Shown: positions 12,061 to 24,200 of the stretch, piece by piece
Layout: each line of letters starts with the position of its first letter
Position numbering within the stretch: position 1 is the first letter of the stretch
Origin: Squalus acanthias
Taxonomy: Eukaryota
DNA length: 64,000 nucleotides
Reading direction: 5' to 3'
Assembly: GCA_030390025.1 (NCBI GenBank)
Contig: CM059432.1
Location: forward strand, 145,268,001 to 145,332,000
Notes under the pieces: model-generated
Told to the model about the DNA's origin: nothing
Databases searched by the model: none
The model's input: the letters and a program-made list of their open reading frames with translations, nothing else
Position numbers and translations under genes: made by a program

Positions 12061-14017
12061 GGAACAGGCTCGAGGGGCTGAATGGCCTACTCCTGTTCCT
12101 ATGTTCCTAAGTGCTTGATTGGATAAATAAAGGGAATGCAGTGGATTTGGTGTATATGGAATTTAAGGAAATGTTCGATAAGGTGTTTTACTAGAGGCTC
12201 GTTACATGAATTCAGGGACTGGTACGAGAGGAAATGTAGCAGAGCGGATAGAAAGTTGATTGGCGGACAGAAAACGACGGGTTAGGTAAATGGGTGTTTG
12301 GATTGGAAGTGGTGTTCCCCGGGGGTCAGTGCTGGGTCCAGTTCTGCCTCAGTATATATAAATAGATGACTTGGACTTGGGTGTAAAGAGCACAAATCAA
12401 AATTTGCTGATGGCACAGAAGTAGGAGGTTTAGCAAATAATGAGGGGACTGTGAAAGACTTCAGGAAGACACAGACAGGTTAGTGGAATGGCAGATGCAA
12501 TTTAATGTGGAGAAGTGTGAGGTAATGGCCCGAAAATTAGACCTAATACGCGAGAGTACGCACTGTGTACTCTCGCGTTTTAGGTCTCCAATTGCCGGTT
12601 TCCTGCATGCACTGCGCATGCGCGGGAAACCGGCACTTCGTGAATTCAAAAGGGGGCGGTTCCTAAGTGAACCGCGTGCCCACTACAGGCTGCGCGCACG
12701 CAGTGCACTTAGTTATTTTTGCAGCTTTGAACGCGCAGGTAAGCATGGAAGATTTTACACATGAAGAAAGGAGGCGTAGACCCTCTTTAAACAAGGTAAG
12801 TAGTTAATTAAGTATTATTTTAAATTTTTTTCAACAGGTTTATCTTTTTTAGAGACTTTAAAGAAAGGTAAGTTTATTTTTATAACTTTTAAAAAGATTT
12901 TAAACTTTTTCAAAAATTTAATTTTTTGTTTAAAGTGGTTAATTTATTTAACTATACTTATTTTATTAATGTGATGGCTTTTTTTAAATTTAATTGAGGT
13001 TTAGCTGTTCTTTTGGGGGTGTGTAGGATTCATAGCTTTGACAGCTCTTTCTGTGAAAACTATGAATGAAAGATGGTGTGCTGCCATTGGCTCTAACTGA
13101 ATCACGTGATCCCAGAGCTCGCACGAACTAATTGCGCCTCTGGGATACGCACACACTGCACAGCTGCATGTGGGACTGGCCTTGAAACTAAAGTTCGTGT
13201 GGGCCCGGAGGAAAAAGGTAGGCGCGGAGTGAGATATCGCGGGGAAGCCTTACCCCCGCGGGAACACTCACTGTTTAATTTCTGGGCCAATATATTTTAG
13301 CAGAAAAAACAAGGAATGGGAGTTTACACTTAATGGAAAGACACTGAAGGGTGTGATGGACAGAGAGACCTAGGGGTTCAAATCATAATTTCACCAAGGT
13401 GCGACTACAGGGAGATAAAGCCATAAAAAGGCCAATAGAATCTGGGGTTTTATAAACAGGGGCATACAATGCAAGAGTAAAGAAATAATACATTTATACA
13501 GTGCTTAGGCCACAGTTAGAGACTGTGTGCAGTTTTCGGCACACCATTATAGAAAGGACATTAAATCCATAGCGTGCAGTGTAGATTCACCAGGATAATG
13601 CCAGGGATGGGAATCTATAGTTATGAGGAGAGACTCGTGATACTGGGACTGGTTCCACTGGAGCAGAGAGGCTAAGAGGAGATTTAATTGAGGTTTTTAA
13701 AATATAGAAGGGTTTTGATAGAGTTAATAGTGAAAGACTATTTCCTCTGATGGGGAGTCAGTAACGAGGGGTCGTCAATTTTAAATTATCACTAAGAGAG
13801 TGAGGAGTGGGGATCGGAGAATCCTTTACATAGAGGTTTGTTGGGAATATTTTGCTACAGGAATTGATTGAGGCAGAAACATTTTTTAATGGGAAAACCG
13901 GATAAATATTTGAAGCCGAGGAAGATACAAGGTTATGGGGATTAGATTTGGACTGCTTTGGTAAAGAGCCGGCACAGTCACAATGGGCTGAATGGCCTCC
14001 TCCTGTGCTTTTAATTC
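12061..14017 (+). mobile_element. Degenerate CR1 LINE fragments, interrupted by a MITE
   Basis: RT-region EWQMQFNVEKCEV and CR1 3' UTR GGGCTGAATGGCCTCCTCCTGTGC. Confidence 0.8.
12527..13288. mobile_element. Harbinger-type MITE (~760 bp), TSD AAT
   Basis: GGCCCGAAAATT...AATTTCTGGGCC termini; near-identical copy at 48932-49673. Confidence 0.85.
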
Positions 14018-14732
14018 CTACGGTTGTATGGAACATATTGCTAGGATGCTGAGCAGTGCACGGTGGAGTTGAGGTCCAACGTACCTTGGCATGCAGGGTT
14101 GGCCGAGAGTTCCCAGCTGTAGGGCTTCCTCCAAGAGCACAGTGCCATAGGTGGCTGGGACATGAGTCAGTGCGGAAGTGGTGCAGGAGGAGGAAACCGA
14201 GGAACCGGCAGCCCCACCGGTCAGCATCCGAGACCACAGAATTGTGCAACTCATCCAGCCGGTCGAGGACGGAGACGGGATTTGCCCGGAGGGTGGCAAG
14301 TGGGGCCTTGGAGTGCTGGCGCTGTCCATTATCAGATCGCTGCTGTATAAAGCCTCTGAGGACAGAAGTCCCGCGGTGACGATGTACAATAACACGTAAA
14401 CGTATTCAAAAAGAATGTGCAGCAGTCAAAGTAATTCTTCCCCAGGGTGAGTCACCCAAAGCAAAGATCCAGCTAATCAGTGAAGTATAGTGAGGGCTTA
14501 TCTATCCATTTAATGAAACCAGTGAACGATTTACTAAAGACTGACTTTGTTAATTGTTCTGTCCCCTACCTTGTCAAATATCCTTTAAACTTTGGCCGCA
14601 AAGTGATATTTGTTGCTGAATAAAGTTCTCCAACTCCGAGGGGATCCAAAGGTTGCCCACCATCTTGGAATGGTTAGCCTTCTTGAAGAAGCTTCTCGTC
14701 AATGAAGCCACTTGTGTAACCCCTCGGGCTCT

Positions 14733-15139
14733 GTCAGCGGGGCTCAGTGGTAGCACTCTCTCCTCTGAGTCAGAGGCTTATGGGTTCAAGCCCCACTCCA
14801 GAGACTTGATTGGATAATGTGAGGGAGCGCTGCACTTTCGGAGGTGCCGTCTTTCAGGTAAGATGTTAAACTGAGGACCCCGTCTGCCCTCTCAGGTGGA
14901 TGTAAAAGATCCTACGGCCACTATTTCGAAGGAAAGCAGGGGGAGTTCTCCCCGGTATCCTGACCACAACATTCCTTTATCAACCAACTTAATTTTTTCC
15001 TCATTGCTGTTGTGGGATCTTGCTGTGCGCCGATTTGGCTGCTGCTTTTCCATACATTACAACAGTGACTACATTGGTTGTGAAGCGCTTTGGGACATCC
15101 TGAGGATGTACCAGGTGCTACAGAAATGCAAGATCTTTA
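14733..15139 (+). mobile_element. DeuSINE (SacSINE1-like)
   Basis: tRNA-like A/B boxes (GGCTCAGTGG, GGTTCAAGCCC), Deu core, L2-like tail. Confidence 0.85.
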
Positions 15140-15776
15140 TAATGTGCGAAAGTAGGGGCTGGGCTTCCCTCCTCTGCTCCCACCGGAGGACGGCTAGGCC
15201 GAGAGTCCAGTCTCTCCCTGGCCCAGCTCCTTCGCTTGGGCTCGTTGCTGATGCTCGATAGCCTCCTGTTGGGAGCCCGCTACCGAGAGGCAGCTCGACA
15301 CTGTCGGGAGAGGAGCAAGCGGTCCCACACACCAGAAGAGGAGGCTACTTAAAGGGGGCAAAAGATAAATGTTTGGGGCCTGAGGGTCTATTGCTAGGAT
15401 TGGAAGGCAGGCAACTGGGGCGGATCGCTAGGCTTCACTTACAGGCAGCGGGGAGGGAAGTGATAGCCAGCGGGTGGGGTGAGGAGAGGAATATTACAAG
15501 GACGTGGCAGCAGGCCTCCCCACTACACTGCCCAATGTGGGGTGAGGCGGCAGAGGAAGATCCAGGCCTAAGATCCTACCAGTAAATTTGGGAGCTTCTG
15601 TGCTGAGGGTGGTGGGCGGAGAAGAGTTTCCTCTGTGTGGTTATTTAACACACAACCGGTTTCCCCGTGTGAGGAACTCGAGGGGGGGGGGGGAGGGGGC
15701 GCTATGCTGGGGATATTGGGCCTGTGTGGGATCTATAGGAGGATCGGGGGGGAGGGGCTATGCTGGGGATATTGGG

Positions 15777-15970
15777 TGTGGTAACACAATACAGCTTCCT
15801 GTGACTCAAACTTTATTGCATCACTTCCTGTGATTAGTCCAGGATAAATACTGGACTGAGCAGTTGGATCCTGGAGAGGCATAGAGTAAGACCTCTTTTG
15901 TATGTAGCACCTTTTTAGTTGATTAAAGCTTACTTTAAGTTCACCACGTGTAAGGCTCATTCTTACGACA
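15777..15970 (+). repeat. Gypsy 5' LTR
   Basis: TGTGGTAAC...TACGACA, matches 20014-20207. Confidence 0.95.
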
Positions 15971-16038
15971 ATTTGAACAACTTCGCACTCAAACTTTTTG
16001 GACGAACTCGGAACTAAGGATCCAGGGAATCACCCATC

Positions 16039-19000
16039 ATGGAAAACATCCTTAAACCATCGCGTCTTGACTTGGACCCAAACACCCCAGCAGCCGGTAA
16101 GGTGTGGAAACACTGGTATCGCACGTTTGACAATTTTCTCGAATATTGCAAGGCTGATGATGACACAAAGTTGCGGATACTCATCAACTGTGTCACTCCG
16201 AATGTATTTCAGTATGTTGAGGAATGGGGCAGTTACGAGGAGGCAATTCGGACGCTTAAAAGACTATATACTAAGACACCGAATGAGGTCTATGCCAGAC
16301 ATCTACTAGCTACAGCCCAACAAGGGCCGGAGGAATCCATTGATAAATTCCTCCAAGAGCTTCGCAGACTTAGTATGGACTGTAACTTTCAGGCAGCCTC
16401 AGCTGAGCTGTACCGTGAAGAAATGATCCGTGATGCTTTCATCTGCGGGCTTGCCTCCCCATTTATACGCCAGCGTCTACTGGAAAGTAAGACACTTGAG
16501 CTTCAGAGAGCTTATGACATGGCTTGCTCTCTAGATCTGGCAAAAAGAAATGCAGACCTTTATACAGTGCCCAGACCTCGGTCTGCTGCCTTAACTACAG
16601 TCAGGCAATTTAAGAGGCCACAGGTGAACTCTATTAGGGAGGACTTTATCCCTGACGATCAATCTGATGACTTCACTGATGAAGAGGATGATGACCCCAC
16701 TGTGGCAGCCTCTTGGCAATCTAAGAAATGCTTCTTTTGTGGTGATGAGTTTCACCCTCGGAAATTCTGCCCTGCTCGCAATGCGTTTTGCAGTCATTGC
16801 AACAAAAAGGGTCATTTTGCAAAGGTTTGCCTATCAAGAGCCTCTACGAGGGCTTATCAAGCTAAGTCCTACCGAACTGCCCCGGTAAGGGCCTATCAAG
16901 ATGTTCCGGCTAAAATCTATCGTGCTTCCTCTCGGGTTTTCTCTCGAAGAAACACACCTAGAGTTTCAGCCACTCTTTGTGCAATGACACCAATTACAGC
17001 TGCTTGTCCTCAGAACCTATTCCATGCAGCTACAAAAGCATCAATTAATGGACATACTTTAGATGCCTTAATTGACTCAGGTAGCACTGATAGTTTCATT
17101 AGGGAACAGATTGTTGCAGAGTTAAAGCTACATGTTTTCCCATCGGACCAGGCAATTGCGATGGCTCAGTCATCACTTAATACCAGAATTTCTGGCTTTT
17201 GTATGGTTGAAATAACACTTAATGGTCACAGGTATCCCTCCACCCGGCTTTCGGTGCTCAAGGACTTATGTAGTGATCTTATCTTAGGGCTGGATTTTCA
17301 AAAGCAGCATAAGAAGCTCACCATTGAGTTCGGAGGATCCAAACCTGAACTCACTATTTCTAATATACGACCTCGATTACCGTTCTGTGCATTGTCAGCA
17401 GCTTCACTGGATGAACCCTCACTGTTTACCAGTATCCCTCCTCGATGCAAACCGATTATAACAAAGTCACGACGTTTCAGTCAGGAAGACCAGTCTTTTA
17501 TTGCGGCTGAGATTTCTCGGCTTTTAGCAGAGGATATCATCGAGCCTTGTTCGTCGCCATGGCGCGCCCAGGTCGTTATTGTTAAGAACCCTCTACAACC
17601 TCACAAGAAACGGCTGTGCATTGACTATTCACAGACCATCAATCAATATACGGACTTGGACGCATACCCATTGCCGCGCATCGATGATATGGTTAATAAA
17701 CTGGCTGAGTACACGGTGTTCTCAACATATGATCTGAAAAGTGCCTATCATCAGGTACCCTTGAAGGTCTCAGACAAGCAGTATACGGCCTTTGAAGCCA
17801 ATGGACGGCTGTATCAATTTCGTCGCCTCCCCTTTGGGGACACTAATGGAGTGGCTGTCTTCCAGCGAGCAATGGATGACCTGGTCAAACAGGAAGACTT
17901 GAAGGATACGTTTCCTTATCTGGACAATATTACTGTCGCAGGTCGCAATCAGCGGGAACATGACGCCAATCTCCAACGATTTTGGGATGCACTCCAGCAC
18001 CGTAATTTGACATTAAATGCGGCTAAATCCATTGAGTCACAACCAACCATCAACATCCTTGGCTATTGTGTGGGCAATGGCATCATTAAACCTGACCCTG
18101 AAAGGCTTCGCCCACTCCAAGAACTCCCGCCACCTAAGAATCCGGCCTCCTTGCGCCGGGCCCTCGGCCTGTTTGCATACTATGCTAAATGGATTCCTAA
18201 CTTCTCGGACCGAATCCAACCTCTACTGAAGGCCAGCACATTCCCACTAGACACAGCGGCTGTTGCAGCCTTTAACCTCCTGAAAAAACAGTTGGAGAAA
18301 GCGGCTCTTCACTCCATCGATGAGAGTCTTCCTTTTGTTGTTGAGTGTGATGCCTCGGAGGTGGCGATCTCGGCCACTCTGAATCAGGAAGGTCGTCCGG
18401 TGGCATTTTTGTCCAGGACTTTTCAAGGGGCTGAGCTACATTATCCTCCAGTCGAGAAAGAAGCTACAGCCATCATAGAGGCAGTACGGAAGTGGACTCA
18501 TCTCCTAGCTCGCCAGCACTTTACCTTAATCACGGACCAGCGATCGGTCGCCTTCATGCTCGATAATCGAAAACGGACCAAAATTAAAAATAATAAAATC
18601 CAGCTTTGGCGGCTGGAATTGGCCTCTTTTGGTTACACCATCCACTATCGACCTGGCAAGGAGAATGTGGCTCCGGATACCCCCTCACGAGCATTCTGCT
18701 CCGCCATGGCACCCTCTACGCTCGTAGACATCCATGATGGGTTGTGTCATCCGGGCGTTACTCGCATGCTACACTTCGTGCGGTCCCGAAATCTCCCATT
18801 CTCTACCGGGGATGTAAAGAAGATGTGCTCGGACTGCAGAGTCTGTGCGGAATTGAAACCTCAGTTTTTCCGCCCCTCGGGTGGTATACTCATACATGCG
18901 ACCCAGCCAATGCAACGGCTTAGCATCGATTTTAAGGGGCCGTTGCCCTCTTCAACTCGCAACACTTATCTATTGACCATGGTCGATGAGTATTCCCGTT

Positions 19001-19995
19001 TTCCGTTTGCCTTTCCCTGCCCCAATATGCTGACGACCACGGTTATCAGCTGCCTTGAGCAGGTATTTGCTTTCTGTGGCATGGCATCCTATGTTCATTC
19101 GGATCGGGGCCCTTCTTTTATGTCAGGAGAACTCAAGGCCTATCTCTCGGAACGGGGTATTGCTGCCAGCAGAACGACGCCTTATCATCCGGTCGGGAAT
19201 GGGCAAGTCGAGCGTTTTAACGCTATCATCTGGAATGCGGTACGTCTGGCTTTGAGATCTCGGGGCCTACCCAACCAGCAATGGGAAGCAGTACTTCCAG
19301 ACGCATTACACTCCACACGGTCCCTCCTTTTGACTGCCACAAATACGACGCCTCATGAACGGTTCTTCCGATTTCAGCGTCGCTCATCCTATGGGATATC
19401 TCTCCTGTCGTGGCTGACTGCACCGGGACCAGTGCTACTCCGAAGATATGTCCGGGCGTCTAAGAATGACCCCCTGGTAGATGAGGTTGAGCTCACTGAC
19501 GTCAACCCTACCTACGCCTATATTCGGTATCCTGACGGTCGGGAATCTACCGTGTCATTGCGGGATCTGGCTCCCTGCCCGCCGAAACATAGAGGGACAC
19601 CAGGGGATGATATTGTACCAGGCACGTCTCTGGGCTCGCCAGGTGCCTCTCATCACGATCTGGATCTGACGCCGGCTGGTACCTCACTCCAGCGTGCCGA
19701 CCTGGGGCAGACTGACTATGAGCCCGTCGGGGCTCGCACGCGCAGCCACGATCCACCCCGTACCATACGCTCGGAAACGGATCTGCCACAGCCCTGCCCG
19801 ACACCCGTTCGGGCACCAGTACACAGTCAGGATCGTCCTGACCCCTCACAGAGCGGGCTGGATCACTCGGACTCTGGTCCACGGCCCGCGGCGGGTAAAC
19901 GGGCTAGGGGCCCTCTACCGCTACGAGAACCCAAACGGGTGCGGCTCTCCCTCGTCCGGCGGCTACGAAATGGAGGGAGCATCCCGGCCTCCTAA
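16039..19995 (+). CDS. Gypsy Gag-Pol polyprotein (1318 aa): two Zn knuckles, protease, RT, RNase H, integrase
   Basis: CFFC..H...C and CSHC...GH...C, LIDSGS, YLDN, ECDAS, HPG...C..C, IDFKGP, HSDRG, GQVER. Confidence 0.95.
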   Translation: MENILKPSRLDLDPNTPAAGKVWKHWYRTFDNFLEYCKADDDTKLRILINCVTPNVFQYVEEWGSYEEAIRTLKRLYTKTPNEVYARHLLATAQQGPEESIDKFLQELRRLSMDCNFQAASAELYREEMIRDAFICGLASPFIRQRLLESKTLELQRAYDMACSLDLAKRNADLYTVPRPRSAALTTVRQFKRPQVNSIREDFIPDDQSDDFTDEEDDDPTVAASWQSKKCFFCGDEFHPRKFCPARNAFCSHCNKKGHFAKVCLSRASTRAYQAKSYRTAPVRAYQDVPAKIYRASSRVFSRRNTPRVSATLCAMTPITAACPQNLFHAATKASINGHTLDALIDSGSTDSFIREQIVAELKLHVFPSDQAIAMAQSSLNTRISGFCMVEITLNGHRYPSTRLSVLKDLCSDLILGLDFQKQHKKLTIEFGGSKPELTISNIRPRLPFCALSAASLDEPSLFTSIPPRCKPIITKSRRFSQEDQSFIAAEISRLLAEDIIEPCSSPWRAQVVIVKNPLQPHKKRLCIDYSQTINQYTDLDAYPLPRIDDMVNKLAEYTVFSTYDLKSAYHQVPLKVSDKQYTAFEANGRLYQFRRLPFGDTNGVAVFQRAMDDLVKQEDLKDTFPYLDNITVAGRNQREHDANLQRFWDALQHRNLTLNAAKSIESQPTINILGYCVGNGIIKPDPERLRPLQELPPPKNPASLRRALGLFAYYAKWIPNFSDRIQPLLKASTFPLDTAAVAAFNLLKKQLEKAALHSIDESLPFVVECDASEVAISATLNQEGRPVAFLSRTFQGAELHYPPVEKEATAIIEAVRKWTHLLARQHFTLITDQRSVAFMLDNRKRTKIKNNKIQLWRLELASFGYTIHYRPGKENVAPDTPSRAFCSAMAPSTLVDIHDGLCHPGVTRMLHFVRSRNLPFSTGDVKKMCSDCRVCAELKPQFFRPSGGILIHATQPMQRLSIDFKGPLPSSTRNTYLLTMVDEYSRFPFAFPCPNMLTTTVISCLEQVFAFCGMASYVHSDRGPSFMSGELKAYLSERGIAASRTTPYHPVGNGQVERFNAIIWNAVRLALRSRGLPNQQWEAVLPDALHSTRSLLLTATNTTPHERFFRFQRRSSYGISLLSWLTAPGPVLLRRYVRASKNDPLVDEVELTDVNPTYAYIRYPDGRESTVSLRDLAPCPPKHRGTPGDDIVPGTSLGSPGASHHDLDLTPAGTSLQRADLGQTDYEPVGARTRSHDPPRTIRSETDLPQPCPTPVRAPVHSQDRPDPSQSGLDHSDSGPRPAAGKRARGPLPLREPKRVRLSLVRRLRNGGSIPAS

Positions 19996-20013
19996 TCTTT
20001 TGGGGGGGGAGAA

Positions 20014-20207
20014 TGTGGTAACACAATACAGCTTCCTGTGACTCGAACTTTATTGCATCACTTCCTGTGATTAGTCCAGGATAAATACTGGACTGAGCAG
20101 TTGGATCCTGGAGAGGCATAGAGTAAGACCTCTTTTGTATGTAGCACCTTTTTAGTTGATTAAAGCTTACTTTAAGTTCACCACGTGTAAGGCTCATTCT
20201 TACGACA
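20014..20207 (+). repeat. Gypsy 3' LTR
   Basis: Matches the 5' LTR and is preceded by the PPT. Confidence 0.95.
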
Positions 20208-20490
20208 TTGGGCCTGTGCGGGATCTATAGGAGGATCGGGGGGGCTATGCTGGGGAGACTGGGCCTGTGCGGGATCTATAGGAGGATCAGGGGGAGGGGC
20301 TATGTTGGGGAGACTGGGTCTGTGCGGGATCTATAGGAGAATCGGGGGGGCTATGTTGGGGCGACTGGGCCTGTGCGGGATCTATAGGAGAATCGGGGGG
20401 GCTATGTTGGGGAGACTGGGCCTGTGCGGGATCTATAGGAGGAGCGGGGGGGGAGGGGCTATGTTGGGGAGACTGGGCCTGTGCGGGATG
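20208..20490. repeat. ~50-bp G-rich minisatellite, target of the Gypsy (continues at 15690-15776)
   Basis: GGGCCTGTGCGGGATCTATAGGAGGATCGGGGGG units on both sides of the element. Confidence 0.85.
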
Positions 20491-21139
20491 GAGCAGAGCA
20501 GCAGGATTTTCTTGATTTTGTTCTGTCTCTGGTGGGTATCTGGGGAGGAGGAGGCCGGGATTCCAATGGGGTATCTGTGCCCTGCCTAGGCCTCTTGGAC
20601 CTTACACATGCTAAATCTGTGTTTGTACAGCTGTCGGTTGTAGTTCAAACTAAAAAATAAATAAAACTTTATTGGCTGATTATCCAGTGATTTTCTTTCG
20701 GGCACATTTATTGGCTGTTGCCCTGGTGTGGGGGGACTGAGTGTCTGGGTTAGTGTCCCGAATGATTCCAGGTCCTTAAGTAGGAAATCATCCCGCATCC
20801 TGATCCAAATTCTGATAGACCGTCCTCATATCTATTCTTTCGCAGGGGTATCTTCAAACCCAGTCGCTAATGTTATATTTCCAAAGGGTCAACCTCTGTT
20901 TACCTGTTTAATTATTTATTAATAACCCAGTCTGGTGTCAGGCAGGAAATTAAACCCCCTGCCATTTATTTACTGACTGGTTGGCTCAATAACTTATTCA
21001 TGCAGCCTGTGGGTAACAGGTATTATTTCCAGGTAACTTATTAATTAAACCCAATTGGAATCAGCAGCACTGGATCTTGGGGACGATTCTTGTATCACAA
21101 GCACCCTGTTTATGCCTTTAAACAGAGGGGAATCCAACA

Positions 21140-22191
21140 GGGAGAGAGGTGGCGGAGAGGGTGAGAGCAAGGCAGAGAGGGTGAGGGAGAGGCAGAGAGG
21201 GTGAGAGAGGCAGAGAGGGTGAGAGTGAGGCAGAGAGGGTAAGGGAGAGGCAGAGAAGGTGAGAGAGAGGCAGAGAGGGTGAGAGAGAGGCAGAGAGGGT
21301 GAGAGAGAGGCAGAGAGGGTAAGGGAGAGGCAGAGAAGGTGAAAGAGAGGGTGAGAGAGAGGCAGAGAGGGTAAGGGAGAGGCAGAGAGGGTGAAAGAGA
21401 GGCAGAGAGGGTGAGAGAGAGGCAGAGAAGGTGAGAGAGGCAGAGAGGGTGAGAGCGAGGCAGAGAGGGTAAGGGAGAGGCAGAGAGAGTGAGAGAGAGG
21501 CAGTGAGGGTGAGGGAGAGGCAGAGAAGGTGAAAGAGAGGCAGAGAGGGTGAGGGAGAGGCAGAGAAGGTGAAAGAGAGGCAGAGAGGGTGAGAGAGAGG
21601 CAGAGAAGGTGAAAGAGAGGCAGAGAGGGTGAGGGAGAGGCAGAGAGGGTGAGAGTGAGGCAGAGAAGGTGAGAGAGAGGCAGAGAGGGTGAGAGAGGGC
21701 CGGAGAGGGTGAGAGAGGGCCGGAGAGGGTGAGAGTGAGGCAGAGAGGGTGAGAGAGAAGCAGAGAGGGTGAGAGAGGGCCGGAGAGGGTGAGAGAGAGA
21801 GGCAGAGAGGGTGAGAGAGAGGCAGAGAGGGTAAGGGAGAGGCAGAGAAGGTGAAAGAGAGGGTGAGAGAGAGGCAGAGAGGGTAAGGGAGAGGCAGAGA
21901 GGGTGAAAGAGAGGCAGAGAGGGTGAGAGAGAGGCAGAGAAGGTGAGAGAGAGGCAGAGAGAGTGAGAGAGAGGCAGAGAGGGTGAGAGAGAGGCAGAGA
22001 AGGTGAAAGAGAGGCAGAGAGGGTGAGAGAGAGGCAGAGAAGGTGAAAGAGAGGCAGAGAGAGTGAGAGAGAGGCAGTGAGGGTGAGGGAGAGGCAGAGA
22101 AGGTGAGAGAGAGGCAGAGAGGGTGAGAGAGAGGCAGAGAAGGTGAGAGAGGCAGAGAGAGTGAGAGAGAGGCAGAGAGGGTGAGAGAGAG
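21140..22191. repeat. GA-rich ~20-bp satellite (GAGAGGCAGAGAGGGTGAGA); continues at 31401-31478
   Basis: Direct tandem units, split by the 9.2-kb LTR element. Confidence 0.95.
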
Positions 22192-23777
22192 TGTAAGGGA
22201 TTCTCTCCTGACCCTGCGTGTCTCGTAGCCTGTGAGATTCACGCGGCTCTGTGCAGCCTGTATGTCAGTGCGGGTCTAGGCCTGGTCTCCAGCCAGTCTG
22301 GGAACACTAGACACCCCTGTGAGTATTCGAATCACTCTCCCTTACGGTTCTAGACACTGGACTTAGATGCGAGAGCAGTAATGGAGATAAAACTCATGTA
22401 GACTTGGTTTGAACGGTACGAAATGGAAAATCTTTATTGCATGATACTTAAAATTATGAAATACATGTCATATGCACAGATTAATGACAGTACAATCTTA
22501 CAAACAGTTATAATCACTCTTAGGGAAACGAGGAACGACCAGCACAACGTAAATAGGGCACACATTACAAATATCCTTAATCTTTAAACCCTCCCCTATC
22601 AATGTCTGTTCTAAACTAGCTTCGTAGGATCCCGAGACTCATGCTCACCACTCGTAATAACTCGGAGAAATCCCGAATAGCTGATCGGATGTTTTTCACC
22701 GCAGCACCCACGTGTTGGTCAGGAGATCTCCTGGTCCCACTTGTTTACTGCTTTTGCTGCTCGGTCAGTCGGCTGGACCGTCCGCTGTAGTGAAGACCTC
22801 TGTTGGTTGGATACAAGGTATGGTGGAGCACCGTTGTCAATATCGCTGATACGATGTGTTTGCACAGTCCACTTATCATCGATGCAATATGTCTTGTTAA
22901 AGAAGAAAACTTCCTGTCGAGAAGACTTGGCTGATCGACCTACAGGCGCGGTCGGGATCTACTGACCGTGGCGATGGATAAGGTCTTCTTCTCTTCTCCT
23001 CTCATCTCATCTCATCCCGGGCCTTCGGTTCCGCTGCCAGCTACCAACATAGGTCTTTGCAACAGTCTTTTACACAGGAGCAGCCACGATGATAACAGCA
23101 ACAAGCGGCAAGAGTCAAGAACACGAGGCAAGAGCAAGAGCAAGAGGCCAGAGAGCGAATGGACGGTTTGGGGCCTGCAATTATAGTGCACAGTTCTTCC
23201 GTTTCCCGCCCAACTACAATGTCCATTCTTTTGTTTACGGTTTGGCGCCCAAAATGTCCTGTATGGGTGATCTCCGTCCTTAATGGGTTTCGGGGCTACT
23301 CATGAATGTTTGAGTACCTGCTAATATTTCTCCCATTGTTAAATCGGTCGGTGTTCCCCCTGGAGGGGTTTGGGGCTTCCAAGTGTCCTGTATAACTACC
23401 TGCTAACGGCTCTCTCATCGTAGAGCCGTTGGGAGTTTACATATTAATGTCCTTTGGATGGGCCCTTGATGGCTTTCCTTTGTACCTGGGAGACCGATTC
23501 CAGTATCGATGTTTATACTGTAAACCCATAATGTCCTGTGTATTGTCTTCACTGTGCTGAATCGTTATCGATCCTGCAAAAAATGTTTATTGGAACGCCA
23601 TCTTGTCTGCCTGCTGAAAAGTCTAGAATGTTCTGTCACGAGGTGCGGCGGCCATTTTACAGGCTGCTTGTGTCCAATTTAAACCTGACAGCATTCCGCT
23701 GAAATAAAAGCTGTTTTGAACGAAACTTTGTGTTTTCTCCTTATTAAAATGAAATCGCGATAATTGCGAATTCTACA
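22192..23777 (-). repeat. 3' LTR (1586 bp)
   Basis: Near-identical to 29814-31400; the only difference I noticed is GAGTATTCG vs GAGTGGTTCG. Confidence 0.95.
22433..22438 (-). terminator. Candidate polyadenylation signal AATAAA in the 3' LTR
   Basis: TTTATT on + about 240 bp from the LTR end. Confidence 0.5.
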
Positions 23778-23787
23778 GTCCCTCCTG
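23778..23787 (-). other. Polypurine tract
   Basis: CAGGAGGGAC on - immediately before the TG of the 3' LTR. Confidence 0.7.
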
Positions 23788-24200
23788 TTGATGCGAATAA
23801 CTCCGCTTATCGTATCAAAAATCTCAGTGGTGAGCAATCTTATCTCGATTTCACTCCGAATCCAGTAAATTAATCCCATAAATTTTAACTTCACTAGGGT
23901 CTCTGTGTCGTCCTCATTTCCCAAGAAAAATCACACTTTATATCACCATAGGCATCATTTGCCCTTAAACTTACACCACTTGTTTTCCTTCCCGGCGTAA
24001 CCAGGCCGATACCTCACGCATCACCTGTATATTTGTCTTTTATTCAGGGAAAGGAAAAACAAAACCCGAAACCAAACAATCAACACCCTCACCAAAATAA
24101 ACAAATCCCAACTCTTAAACATGTCGAGTTTCCAACGTATTTACAATGAGTACAAACTTCCGCGGCGCACGTGGCGAGCGGGAGTGACGCCATTTTCCCA

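Larger units (their letters stand above)
15777..20207 (+). mobile_element. Full-length young Ty3/Gypsy LTR retrotransposon, 5-bp TSD TTGGG
   Basis: 194-bp TG...CA LTRs at 15777-15970 and 20014-20207 (one difference seen), PPT GGGGGGGGAGAA at 20002-20013, single gag-pol ORF. Confidence 0.97.

Noticed and set aside
21118..22242. 374-aa Ser/Leu-rich ORF
   Set aside because: Translation of the GA-rich satellite.
22741..23283. Short ORFs duplicated at 30364-30906
   Set aside because: They are duplicated only because they lie in the LTRs; non-ATG starts or no recognisable motifs.
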